A stretch of DNA of 64,000 bases from Candidatus Kaiserbacteria bacterium RIFOXYB1_FULL_46_14 (GCA_001783525.1 MFMS01000006.1:21074-85073); one strand, 5' to 3'. Shown: positions 1 through 8,965, counted from the first letter of the stretch. The notes: generated from the letters alone by a model not told the origin. Numbers and translations: made by a program.

Positions 1-460
1 TAGTGAGGTGGGGCTTGGAGTAGATCAAAGACCGTTCTACGCCCAGAAATTCTTTTAAGAACTTTATAAAAATCTTATGCACATGAGGCCTTTGGCTTGG
101 CAGACGAATTTGCGAAGGATGAACTAAGTCTCCATCCGCCATATAGATCGATAAACCAGCCAAAAATAGGGGAGCCGACTTGAAGTGTTTGAACTCCGTC
201 TCTGCGCTCTTCACCGCTTCTTTGTAGTGACTAGTGCGTTCTGCTTTGCGCGCCTTATTTACCAGAGAAACACGCTTTACATTGTCTCTGCGGGCTTTTA
301 TCTCATTATCTTTACGCACCTTTTTAGAAAAGGACTGCTTAGCAAACCAATTACTGACCGTGGACTTAGACACACCAACAATCTTAGCGATCTCAGAGTA
401 ACTAAAGCCTCGTTGCCGAAATTCCCTTGCTTTTAAATACTTTTCTTTATTTTGAACCAT
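1..460 (-). CDS. HTH plus LAGLIDADG-like domain protein (runs off the window start)
   Basis: Not in the ORF track. Manual translation from ATG at 460: MVQNKEKYLKAREFRQRGFSYSEIAKIVGVSKSTVSNWF...PLFLAGLSIYMADGD..., open to position 1; clear N-terminal helix-turn-helix. Confidence 0.8.
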   Translation of the reverse strand, partial: MVQNKEKYLKAREFRQRGFSYSEIAKIVGVSKSTVSNWFAKQSFSKKVRKDNEIKARRDNVKRVSLVNKARKAERTSHYKEAVKSAETEFKHFKSAPLFLAGLSIYMADGDLVHPSQIRLPSQRPHVHKIFIKFLKEFLGVERSLIYSKPHLT

Positions 461-550
461 AGAGTAAATATACCATATACTATGACATCCGTTCAAATAA
501 CGTTTAAACTGCGTCTCTGTGTTCCAAATACCAGTGCTATACTCAAACCA

Positions 551-1072
551 ATGAAAATTCTGGCTGAAATTAGTGACGGGTCTCTGGGAATAGGGGAGGC
601 AGAGAAGATCGGCGAGAACTACAATTTAAGAAAGACCGCCCGGGCAATTTTGTTGAATGATGAAGGGAAGATGGCAACGCAATATCTGCAAAATTATTAT
701 TACCACAAACTACCCGGCGGCGGTGTTGAAGAAGGCGAGAGCCTAGAAGATGCTTTAAAACGAGAAATACTCGAGGAGGTGGGCTGTAATTGCCTTGTAA
801 CCGATACAATTGGAATGACTGTGGAGTTTCGCGACAAGTACAAGATCGTTCAGTTATCTTATTGTTTTGTAGCTAAAGTAGTGGGCGATATAGGGGACAC
901 GCAAATGGAAGCGGCCGAGATTGAGGAAGGTCAAATTACCTCGTGGCTATCGCCAGAAGAAGCGCTAGCACAAATGAAACAGGACAAGCCTGGAAAATAT
1001 GAGGGCTTCTTTAATTTAAAACGTGAAATCAGCTTTCTGGAGGAATATCTGAGTAACAAAAAAGTTGTCTAG
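551..1072 (+). CDS. NUDIX hydrolase
   Basis: Nudix box GGVEEGESLEDALKREILEEVG; start moved to ATG 551, 7 nt after TATACT. Confidence 0.9.
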   Translation: MKILAEISDGSLGIGEAEKIGENYNLRKTARAILLNDEGKMATQYLQNYYYHKLPGGGVEEGESLEDALKREILEEVGCNCLVTDTIGMTVEFRDKYKIVQLSYCFVAKVVGDIGDTQMEAAEIEEGQITSWLSPEEALAQMKQDKPGKYEGFFNLKREISFLEEYLSNKKVV

Positions 1073-1278
1073 GGGGACTCGACCCAGAATCACGGCTATT
1101 TTATTTCACTGCGTTCATAAAACAAGCTCGCGTTCTTGGTCGGCTTCTCGCTGTTTTTTACTTAACAGTCAAAAACATACTCCGAAGCTTCGAGTCCTGA
1201 CGAAAGCCAAGCAGTTGGCTTTCTCCACGCGCACAATATAAAAAGCGAGACATCTGTCTCGCTTTTTATATTGTGCGC
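1073..1278. repeat. tRNA-3'-anchored hairpin cassette (Arg-TCG locus)
   Basis: Perfect 24-bp inverted repeat 1229-1252/1255-1278; inverted T-arm copy TTCGAGTCCTG 1189-1199; degenerate direct copy GGGGACTCGACCC 1073-1085. Confidence 0.8.
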
Positions 1279-1345
1279 CTGGCAGGACTCGAACCTACAA
1301 TAACTGATCCGAAGTCAGTTGTGATATCCATTTCACTACAAGCGC
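1274..1345 (-). tRNA. tRNA-Arg(TCG)
   Basis: Cloverleaf GCGCTTG...CAGGCGCA; anticodon loop CTTCGGA; T-loop GGTTCGAGTCC. Confidence 0.95.
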
Positions 1346-1455
1346 AAGTGTTTTAACAATACGTTGCACCTATATGGATCTCACACCGGTGCAATGTGCG
1401 CTTATCATACGTCACGAGGGCGAAAAAGCAACGCAAATTTGCTAAGATTGTTCTT

Positions 1456-2928
1456 GTGATAATACGTGAAGATATACCGAAGGAAGTGGTAGCGGTGGCC
1501 GACTCTTTGGAAGGAGCCGGTTTTGAAGCGTACTTGGTTGGTGGATGCGTGCGCGACCTTCTGCTTGGCCGCACGCCCAAAGACTGGGATTTGACCACCA
1601 ACGCTAAGCCGGAAGAAATTCAGGCGCTTTTCCCTGAAACCTACTGCAATAATGACTACGGTACCGTCGGTGTAGTGAACGAGGAGACCACTGACTTGCG
1701 ACTCAAGGTTGTAGAAGTAACGCCATATCGCAGTGAGGGCGAATATTCGGACCGGAGAAGGCCTGACAAGGTTGAATTTGGAGTATCACTCGAAGAAGAC
1801 CTAAAGAGGCGTGATTTCACCGTGAACGCCCTAGCTTATCGCCCTAAAGACGAGAAGTTTGTTGACTTGTTCGACGGGGAAGGGGATTTGCGCAAAAAAC
1901 GGCTTAAAACCGTCGGTAATCCCGACGAACGCTTTGGCGAGGATGCTCTCCGTATGATGCGTGCTATCCGCTTGGCCGCAGAATTAAATTTTGCCATTGA
2001 AGCCGAGACGATGGCCTCAATAGCAAAAAATGCTGAGCTTTTAAGCCATATTTCAACCGAACGAATCCGTGACGAATTTCTCCGGATAATAAACTCCGAG
2101 AGTCCGATGCTTGGTCTTGCTATGCTTGAAAAGCTAGGCCTACTTCAATATGTTTTGCCAGAGCTTCGAGACGCGATTGGTTGTGAACAGGGAGGAATAC
2201 ACGCTTACGATGTGTACGAACATCTTCTGCGCTCTCTACAAGCGGCCGCCGATAAGGGTTATTCGACCGAGATGCGCTTGGCGGCTCTACTCCACGATAT
2301 TGGCAAGCCGATCACTCGCCGTGAGGGTGGCAAAAACAAGCGCTATACCTTCTTTGGTCACGAGGTAGTGGGCGCGCGCATGACTGCCAAGTTGATGAAG
2401 CGCCTGAAAATGCCCGTAGAAATTGCCAACGGGGTGGAAATCCTAGTGCGTTGGCATATGTTTTTTGCTGATCCGGACGCTATCACCTTGTCAGCCGTCC
2501 GCCGGACTATTGCTCGGGTAGGGGAGGAAAATATGGAGGATTTACTCAATCTCCGTGTCTGTGACCGAATCGGCACAGGCAGACCAAAGGAACAGCCGTT
2601 TCGCTTCCGCAAATACAAAGCCATGGTGGATCAGGCCCGCCGCGACCCCGTATCGGTCAAGATGCTGAAGACAGATGGGGATAAGATCATGGTACAAACT
2701 GGGGAAAAGCCGGGTAAAAAGCTAGGATACCTACTGCACGCACTACTAGAAGAAGTCTTGGAGGATCCGGCTAGAAATACCGAAGAATACCTAGACAACC
2801 GAGTAGCTGAGTTGATAAAGCTAGACGAAGGTAGTCTCAAAGAGCTTGGCGAAGCTGGCAAAGAGCGTCAGCAGGCCGAGGAAGAGGCGGCTATAAAGGA
2901 GATCGAGAGGAGTCATAAGGTCGGGTAA
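1456..2928 (+). CDS. cca: CCA-adding tRNA nucleotidyltransferase with HD domain
   Basis: VGGCVRDLLLGRTPKDWD, RRDFTVNA, EDALRMMRAIR and LLHDIGK motifs; likely GTG start at 1456 (ORF is open from 1396). Confidence 0.9.
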   Translation: MIIREDIPKEVVAVADSLEGAGFEAYLVGGCVRDLLLGRTPKDWDLTTNAKPEEIQALFPETYCNNDYGTVGVVNEETTDLRLKVVEVTPYRSEGEYSDRRRPDKVEFGVSLEEDLKRRDFTVNALAYRPKDEKFVDLFDGEGDLRKKRLKTVGNPDERFGEDALRMMRAIRLAAELNFAIEAETMASIAKNAELLSHISTERIRDEFLRIINSESPMLGLAMLEKLGLLQYVLPELRDAIGCEQGGIHAYDVYEHLLRSLQAAADKGYSTEMRLAALLHDIGKPITRREGGKNKRYTFFGHEVVGARMTAKLMKRLKMPVEIANGVEILVRWHMFFADPDAITLSAVRRTIARVGEENMEDLLNLRVCDRIGTGRPKEQPFRFRKYKAMVDQARRDPVSVKMLKTDGDKIMVQTGEKPGKKLGYLLHALLEEVLEDPARNTEEYLDNRVAELIKLDEGSLKELGEAGKERQQAEEEAAIKEIERSHKVG

Positions 2929-2989
2929 TAGAAAAGCCGCCATATTTCGGGCGGCTTTTGCCATACATAGATGGCTAACTAAGGACGAC

Positions 2990-3253
2990 CTAACGGCACT
3001 GTGCCGCCAAGGCATTAAGGAAAGTTCTTCGCTGGGCTTTCGTACTGCCCGAACTGACCTCTACATAAAAACGAAAGGTTGAACCGTTTGTAACACTCCT
3101 CACAAAGAGCTCTCCGCAGTTTGAAACGTGCTTGGTCCAGAGTCTTTGTTGCTCCTCCTGGGTAGGGAAGAGCGTCTTTGGTCCGTTGGTGCTTATGCTC
3201 CAGCACCCAGAGCTGCGGTGGTATTGCATCGACAGACGAATGGCCCTACGCAT
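2990..3253 (-). CDS. small orphan protein
   Basis: 87-aa ORF with strong SD (GGAGG) upstream; ends at the shared hairpin near 2932-2959. Confidence 0.55.
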   Translation of the reverse strand: MRRAIRLSMQYHRSSGCWSISTNGPKTLFPTQEEQQRLWTKHVSNCGELFVRSVTNGSTFRFYVEVSSGSTKAQRRTFLNALAAQCR

Positions 3254-3341
3254 TTTTATTTCCTCCCTGTTAAAACCAACCGCAACACTACCTGATTAAC
3301 AAAAAATGTCCACCGTTTGGCACTATTTAGACTGCTGAATA

Positions 3342-3805
3342 CAAAAAAGGCCTAGAGGGGTGGGGAGACAATCAATCTTGATTATCTGCCGGCCTCTCTA
3401 GGCCTTGTGTACGTCTCTCGACGGACAAAGAACATGTTTGAGCCCTTGTATAATTGCGGAGGCAATAGCCTCATGTGGAACCCTCTATGGGGTGATCCTG
3501 CGCAGACCGGGACTCTAACGTTGTATGTGTATTGTATTGATTGTGCTGTACGTAGAAACCTTTAGTAGGTTTCCTAAGGATTTCACTGTTTAGTATATTT
3601 TCGAGCCCGCGAGCCGAAAGGAAGGGTCGAGTAGTCAACCACTCTTTGCGGCCCACAAGCCCAAAACGTGAATTCCTAATGAGTATGGCTAGATACTCGT
3701 TTTGGTGGGAATGTGTGTTATGAACGTTGTTAGATTTTGGAGGTCTAACTTTTTTTGTGAAACGATCTCTTTAGGACCTTACGGTGCCCGCCCTTTCTGG
3801 ACCTT
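3342..3805 (-). ncRNA. candidate large structured non-coding RNA (~460 nt), family unknown
   Basis: Promoter TTTACA-17-TAGAAT; many hairpins including GNRA tetraloops; terminal hairpin plus U6; no credible ORF. Confidence 0.65.
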
Positions 3806-3810
3806 CCACT

Positions 3811-3858
3811 ATTCTATGTCCTTTATAAAAAGGTGTAAAGGACATGATGTGTGGATAA
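3811..3858 (-). promoter_or_regulatory. sigma70-type promoter with adjacent perfect DnaA box
   Basis: -35 TTTACA 3839-3834, 17-nt spacer, -10 TAGAAT 3816-3811; TTATCCACA at 3858-3850. Confidence 0.65.
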
Positions 3859-3860
3859 CT

Positions 3861-3894
3861 TAACAACTTGTCCTTTATAAAGGACAAGTTGTTA
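3861..3894. terminator. perfect 34-bp palindrome downstream of xth
   Basis: TAACAACTTGTCCTTTATAAAGGACAAGTTGTTA. Confidence 0.55.
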
Positions 3895-3904
3895 TTATCT
3901 TTAT

Positions 3905-4696
3905 CTAGAGCGCTATTTCTATTGAAACTGGGCAGTGGTCAGAGCCGGAGACATCGGGGTGAATGGCGGCTTTCTTGATAAACGAGCGTAAATTTTCATC
4001 TGCCATTACATAGTCGATACGCCAACCAACGTTGCGTTCTCTAGCTTGAGCAAAATGTGACCACCAAGTGTAGTGTCCATTATCTTGGTGAAACAAACGA
4101 AAACTATCTACGAAGCCAGCGGCCAGCATATTATCAATGCCGTGACGTTCTTCTTCCGTAAAACCCTTCTTTCCTTTGTTCTCCTTCGGACGGGCCAAAT
4201 CTAGTTCGGTATGTGCCACATTCAAATCCCCGCAAAAAATCACTGGTTTCTCACTCTGGAGTTGTTTCATGTAAGTTAGGAAGGCAGCGTCCCACTGCTT
4301 GCGGGCAGGCAGGCGAGAGAGGTCGTCCTTAGCATTTGGAGTATAGACGGAGGTGACGAAGAAATGCTCAAACTCCAGAGTCGTGACACGACCTTCTTTG
4401 GCAGTATCGCCATAAGAATCCTTTAAATCAAAGGCTTTTTTGATATCTTCTGGCAAACCATAATATTCTGCCTCGGGAGCGATTTTGGTAAAAATAGCCG
4501 TGCCGGAGTAGCCTTTTTTCTCTGCTGAGCACCAATACTCATCATATTCAGGAAGATCTACCTCGCTCTGGCCTTGTTCGGCCTTGGTTTCCTGCAAACA
4601 AAGAACGTCCGGTTGATGTTTCTCAATAAAAGGTGCGAAAAAACCTTTCTTATGGACTGCCCGAATGCCATTTACGTTCCACGAGTAGATTTTCAT
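3905..4696 (-). CDS. xth: exodeoxyribonuclease III / AP endonuclease
   Basis: SWNVNGIRA, LCLQETK, CGDLNVAH, GWRIDY and SDHCP motifs. Confidence 0.97.
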   Translation of the reverse strand: MKIYSWNVNGIRAVHKKGFFAPFIEKHQPDVLCLQETKAEQGQSEVDLPEYDEYWCSAEKKGYSGTAIFTKIAPEAEYYGLPEDIKKAFDLKDSYGDTAKEGRVTTLEFEHFFVTSVYTPNAKDDLSRLPARKQWDAAFLTYMKQLQSEKPVIFCGDLNVAHTELDLARPKENKGKKGFTEEERHGIDNMLAAGFVDSFRLFHQDNGHYTWWSHFAQARERNVGWRIDYVMADENLRSFIKKAAIHPDVSGSDHCPVSIEIAL

Positions 4697-4729
4697 CAGA
4701 ACATTTTAGCATTCATATATAATGGGTCT

Positions 4730-5371
4730 ATGAGAGTGACAAAATATGGGCATTGTTGTCTGCTTGTGGAAATTGACGGTCTGCGTGTTTTAACTGATCC
4801 GGGCATCTGGTCTCGAAATTTTGCTGATCTAACAAATATAGATGTTGTACTTATCACCCACGAACATCAAGATCACTTACACGTCGAGTCGGTACAGGCA
4901 ATATTAAAAAACAACCCCTCGGCGGAAATTATTACTAACGGATCAGTCGGTAAAATTTTGGAAGAGCACAGTATCGTTCATACCGTTTTAGAAGGACGTG
5001 ACACTGCCAATCGTGCTGAAGTCGCCATCGAAGCATTTGACGGGCCCCACGCTACGATATTTGAAAAGTTTGGCCTAGTGCAGAACACCGGTTATTTTAT
5101 TGCCAATCAATTCTTCTATCCTGGTGACGCTTACATTGAACCCAATATGACAGTCGCCGTGTTGGCGCTTCCCGTCGCTGGGCCGTGGTGTAAAGCAGAA
5201 GATGCTCTAAACTACGCTATCGCGGTAAAGCCGAACAAAGCATTTCCGGTACATGACGCTGTTCTCGGTGAAAACGGCATCAACTTAGTGCATGGTCTGT
5301 TTGAAAACGTACTTAAAACGAAAGGTGTTATCTTTGAGTCTCTCAAAGAAGGCGAATCAAAGGAATTTTGA
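4730..5371 (+). CDS. metallo-beta-lactamase fold hydrolase
   Basis: ITHEHQDH and LTDPG motifs; start MRVTKYGH, 6 nt after TATAAT. Confidence 0.9.
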   Translation: MRVTKYGHCCLLVEIDGLRVLTDPGIWSRNFADLTNIDVVLITHEHQDHLHVESVQAILKNNPSAEIITNGSVGKILEEHSIVHTVLEGRDTANRAEVAIEAFDGPHATIFEKFGLVQNTGYFIANQFFYPGDAYIEPNMTVAVLALPVAGPWCKAEDALNYAIAVKPNKAFPVHDAVLGENGINLVHGLFENVLKTKGVIFESLKEGESKEF

Positions 5372-5372
5372 G

Positions 5373-6458
5373 CTAGCGGCCCTGGCCATAGATACTGCGG
5401 AGGTTTTTGACATGCTCTTCGTAAGTAGCTGAGCAATAAAAATTGTTGTTGTTATGAAAATAGAAAAGACAATCGGTATTGACTGGATTTAAGGCAGCAA
5501 CAACTGCCTCCAAAGACGGGTTAGAAATCGGTGTCGGCGGCAGACCTTTGTTCTTATATGTATTGTAAGGAGAGTTGATGTACTTATCGGCCGGTACCGG
5601 AACAGGCCACCAGGTGGCGGTCTCGGGCCTACTGCCCTTAGCGTATTGTAATGTGGCATCAAGCTGAAGCGGCATATTGATAAAAAGACGATTCCAAATA
5701 ACACCGGAAATTTCACGCATATCCTCAAAATCATAGGCCTCGCGTTCTAGTAGAGAGGCAATGATTAGAGCATCGGCCAACGGCAAGCGATCTTCTGCGC
5801 CATTCTGATAACGAGCGACTACCTCACCAGCAAAACGTTCATTCACCAACTTTGCTACTTCTTCTGGTGAAGCGCCAATAGCAACCAAGTAACGCTCAGG
5901 AAAGAACTTTCCCTCAGTTAAAACTGGTTCTTCGGCAGTCACTAGCGAAAGAAACTTCGCTCTGTCCTCACGACTCCAGCCTAAAATGTCGCCAAAATTC
6001 TTTGCCACTTCTTCTTTGCGCTCGCCCGAGAAGACAACGAGTAAGCGACCGCCAGGAATGGCCATTTGATACCAAGAGGAGTTGGTTAACTTGGCGAGGA
6101 AACGGGCAATGCGTCCCGACGGCACGAGAGCGGGGAACTGCCATCGTAAACGGCCCGAGTTGGCAAGAAAGTTGTCGAGCGAAGGGTCTTCTATGATTGT
6201 CTTGTTTCCTGGATCAACACTGACTGGAAAGGGGGCGACTTTGATCCCTGAATCATTAGTCGGAAAAGATAGGGTAGCAACAGTATAAACAGTAAGAGCT
6301 GTAAATAAGACCACCACCAATATTACAGCCCCATACAAAAAACGTACGGCCAGACGAAACTGGGCGGGAAAAATTGGCTGGCGTAAAGTGCGAAAAGCCC
6401 GGGCGTGAAGTAAGTGTTGTTCTATCCTTCGCCAAGCACGTTTGAATGAACGTTTCAT
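5373..6458 (-). CDS. mltG: endolytic transglycosylase MltG
   Basis: IIASLLEREA, LQLDAT and SPYNTYKNKGLPPTPISNP motifs; N-terminal TM segment. Confidence 0.93.
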   Translation of the reverse strand: MKRSFKRAWRRIEQHLLHARAFRTLRQPIFPAQFRLAVRFLYGAVILVVVLFTALTVYTVATLSFPTNDSGIKVAPFPVSVDPGNKTIIEDPSLDNFLANSGRLRWQFPALVPSGRIARFLAKLTNSSWYQMAIPGGRLLVVFSGERKEEVAKNFGDILGWSREDRAKFLSLVTAEEPVLTEGKFFPERYLVAIGASPEEVAKLVNERFAGEVVARYQNGAEDRLPLADALIIASLLEREAYDFEDMREISGVIWNRLFINMPLQLDATLQYAKGSRPETATWWPVPVPADKYINSPYNTYKNKGLPPTPISNPSLEAVVAALNPVNTDCLFYFHNNNNFYCSATYEEHVKNLRSIYGQGR

Positions 6459-6534
6459 TAGTGCTTATATTTTAACCCACAAGTATTCACATACACATAT
6501 ATATGATGTGATTTTACGGGTATATGGATTCCGC

Positions 6535-6708
6535 TTGAATAAGTACCGGGGGTGTGCTTTAATAAACAGGCAAAGCAGTTCTCCTTGGACCACTTTCAGT
6601 TCGCGCGAGCGCGGACGGTCGCGAAAGTCAAAAGAAGGAACAGGTAGAAGAACTTTGTACGGAGCAGTGCTAACACACCGCTCCGAGTTACAAAAATAAG
6701 CAGAGGAA
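6535..6708 (+). promoter_or_regulatory. promoter and long structured 5' UTR of the cold-shock gene
   Basis: TTGAAT-17-TTTAAT at 6535-6563; ~140-nt leader with CGGAGC/GCTCCG stem just upstream of the RBS. Confidence 0.55.
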
Positions 6709-6906
6709 ATGACTGGAACTATCGCACGTCTAACTGACCGCGGTTTCGGCTTCGTTAAGCCAGACCAAGGAGATAAAGACGTATTCTTTCACGCTCGTTC
6801 TCTCGTAGACGTCATGTATGACGACCTACGTGAGGGTGAAGCTGTCACTTTTGATCTTGAGGAGGGCCCAAAGGGTCCTTCCGCTATCAACGTGAAGCGT
6901 GCCTAA
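6709..6906 (+). CDS. cspA: cold-shock protein
   Basis: RGFGFV and DVFFH RNP motifs; 65 aa. Confidence 0.95.
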   Translation: MTGTIARLTDRGFGFVKPDQGDKDVFFHARSLVDVMYDDLREGEAVTFDLEEGPKGPSAINVKRA

Positions 6907-6919
6907 GTAATTAGGCCGA

Positions 6920-6956
6920 AAAAACACCCCGCCTTGAATAAAGGCGGGGTGTTTTT
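6920..6956. terminator. intrinsic terminator
   Basis: AAAAACACCCCGCCTT...AAGGCGGGGTGTTTTT. Confidence 0.8.
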
Positions 6957-7000
6957 GTTTGTGATACACTTTATAAGTTGTAAGTAATAAGAAGAACTCT

Positions 7001-7726
7001 ATGAACGATGAGGTGAATGATAACAACGGTCGCGGCAAAAATGGCAGTTTGCTGATATTTTTTGTTTTGCTAGCTTTGGTGGCGGCCGGTATTGGTGCTT
7101 GGTTCTATTTTGAAAAAAGTCAGAGTGACACAACTCCAAACGCTGAAGGTGAGACCTCCGAAGTAGTAGCCCGGGTTAATGGGGTAGAAATAGATCGTTC
7201 ATCTTATGAGCGAAGCCTTGAACAATTACGCGCCGCTTACGTATCTCAAGGAATCGACGTATCTAACGCCACTTCAAGCGAACTCTTGAAAGAGCAGGCG
7301 ATTGAATCACTGGTTAATCGTCAGCTTATCGTAATGGCGGCCAAATCAAAGGGTCTAACCGTGGAGGGGACTGCCATTGATGCAGAATACCAGAACGTCG
7401 TAGAGGGAGCAGGTGGAAACGAAGCTTTTGCGGCGGCGTTAGTTGCTTCTAATCTATCTGAGGTAATGGTACGCGCCGATATAGAAAACGGCCTACTGAT
7501 ACAGCAGTACCTCGCGACCGAATTGCGTATCAACGAACTAACAGTGACCGACGCAGAAGTAGAAAGCTACTATAATTCTGCTAAGGAAACTAATAGTGAC
7601 GTACCTGCTCTTTCCGAGGTTAGTGCCGCTATTCAGTCACAATTACTGACCGAAAAGCGTGATGCGGCTGTAAATGCTGCTCTTAAAACCCTTAGAGAGA
7701 CGGCCGAAATAGAGATTCTAATCTAA
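7001..7726 (+). CDS. SurA N-terminal domain / PrsA-like membrane-anchored chaperone
   Basis: TM anchor; VVARVNGVEI and LVNRQLI motifs. Confidence 0.8.
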   Translation: MNDEVNDNNGRGKNGSLLIFFVLLALVAAGIGAWFYFEKSQSDTTPNAEGETSEVVARVNGVEIDRSSYERSLEQLRAAYVSQGIDVSNATSSELLKEQAIESLVNRQLIVMAAKSKGLTVEGTAIDAEYQNVVEGAGGNEAFAAALVASNLSEVMVRADIENGLLIQQYLATELRINELTVTDAEVESYYNSAKETNSDVPALSEVSAAIQSQLLTEKRDAAVNAALKTLRETAEIEILI

Positions 7727-7891
7727 ATCCTCCTCGTGGGAGCTAAAAGGGCGGCCAAAGGCCGCCCTTTTAGCTCCCAGCTTAAGCACCGTTAGGGGAG
7801 TTGAAAATTTTTGAGATTATGCTATAGTATTGACAACCTTCGCAGGTTATGACTCCGGTCTGCAAATCTAGCGGGCCATTCTATTTAAATT

Positions 7892-8158
7892 ATGTTAAGT
7901 AAACTTCAGAAACAGCGAGCCCTCAAAGACACTCGACGTCATGACGCTGACACCGGTTCACCGGAGGCGCAGGTCGGTATTTTGACCAAACAAATCAACA
8001 CATTATCGACACACCTGCGTCAAAACGCTAAGGATTTTCACTCACGTCGTGGTCTTCTACAAATGGTAGCTGACCGTCGTAAGCAACTACGCTATTTGGA
8101 ACGCAAAGACAAGAAGTCTTACGATACTTTGATCAAAAAACTTGGTCTAAAGAAGTAA
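7892..8158 (+). CDS. rpsO: 30S ribosomal protein S15
   Basis: DTGSPEAQV and KDFHSRRGLL motifs. Confidence 0.98.
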   Translation: MLSKLQKQRALKDTRRHDADTGSPEAQVGILTKQINTLSTHLRQNAKDFHSRRGLLQMVADRRKQLRYLERKDKKSYDTLIKKLGLKK

Positions 8159-8258
8159 TTATCTGATCTAGATGGATGCGGCGGGGCCAAAGGCCCCGCC
8201 GCTCTGTTATAGTTAATGCGAAGGTTGATTTTAATAAACGAACACATTCAAATTTTAT

Positions 8259-8849
8259 ATGTCAGTCATTAGACACCCTGAACAACGGGTCGCCATCCTT
8301 ATTGATACGCAAAACCTTTATCACAGTGCAAAAAATCTTTATCGTTCCAAGGTAAATTTTGATGCGGTTGTAAAAGCCGCGTTGCAAAATCGCAAACTAA
8401 TCCGTGCTCTTTCGTACGTAGTAAATACTGAAGGGGGAGAGGAAACCGCTTTCTTTGAAGCTCTTGAGAAGGTTGGTATTGAGATCAAGACCAAAGATTT
8501 ACAAATCTTTTATGGCGGCGCCAAAAAAGCCGACTGGGACGTTGGCCTTGCCATCGACGCAATCAAACTTGCCCATAAAGTTGACGCGATAGTGATTGCC
8601 AGTGGGGACGGGGACTTCGTTCCTCTGGTTGAGTACATCAAGTCACAAGGTTGCCAAGTAGAAGTGATCAGTTTTGGTCGCTCTTCATCACAAAGATTGC
8701 GTGACAGCGTTGACGACTTTATCGATATGGATGAAAGTCCAAAAAATTTCTTGATTGGTTACCGCGGCGGGACAAAGCCACGACGTGCAGCAAACACCGA
8801 GTCTCCGACTTCCATCAAAACTGTTGGCAGCGACACTGACAATTTATAA
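8259..8849 (+). CDS. NYN domain protein (LabA/DUF88)
   Basis: IDTQNLY, KKADWDVGLAID and SGDGDFVPL motifs. Confidence 0.92.
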   Translation: MSVIRHPEQRVAILIDTQNLYHSAKNLYRSKVNFDAVVKAALQNRKLIRALSYVVNTEGGEETAFFEALEKVGIEIKTKDLQIFYGGAKKADWDVGLAIDAIKLAHKVDAIVIASGDGDFVPLVEYIKSQGCQVEVISFGRSSSQRLRDSVDDFIDMDESPKNFLIGYRGGTKPRRAANTESPTSIKTVGSDTDNL

Positions 8850-8965
8850 TTATAGTTGTCTGAAGTAATTTAAACGATCGACACAAAATGACGCTGGCTA
8901 TAAGCCAGCGTCATTTTGTGTATGAACACAATTTATAACCACTATCATATGCGATAATAAGCCAA

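Noticed and set aside
185-436. 83-aa plus-strand ORF
   Set aside because: Shadow of the minus-strand HTH gene at 1-460.
3342-3805. tmRNA, RNase P RNA or group I/II intron identity for the large RNA
   Set aside because: No tRNA-like GGGG...TTCGA...CCA ends, no GAGGAAAGTCC motif, no intron domain V or flanking exons recognised by eye; only an Rfam search can exclude these fully.
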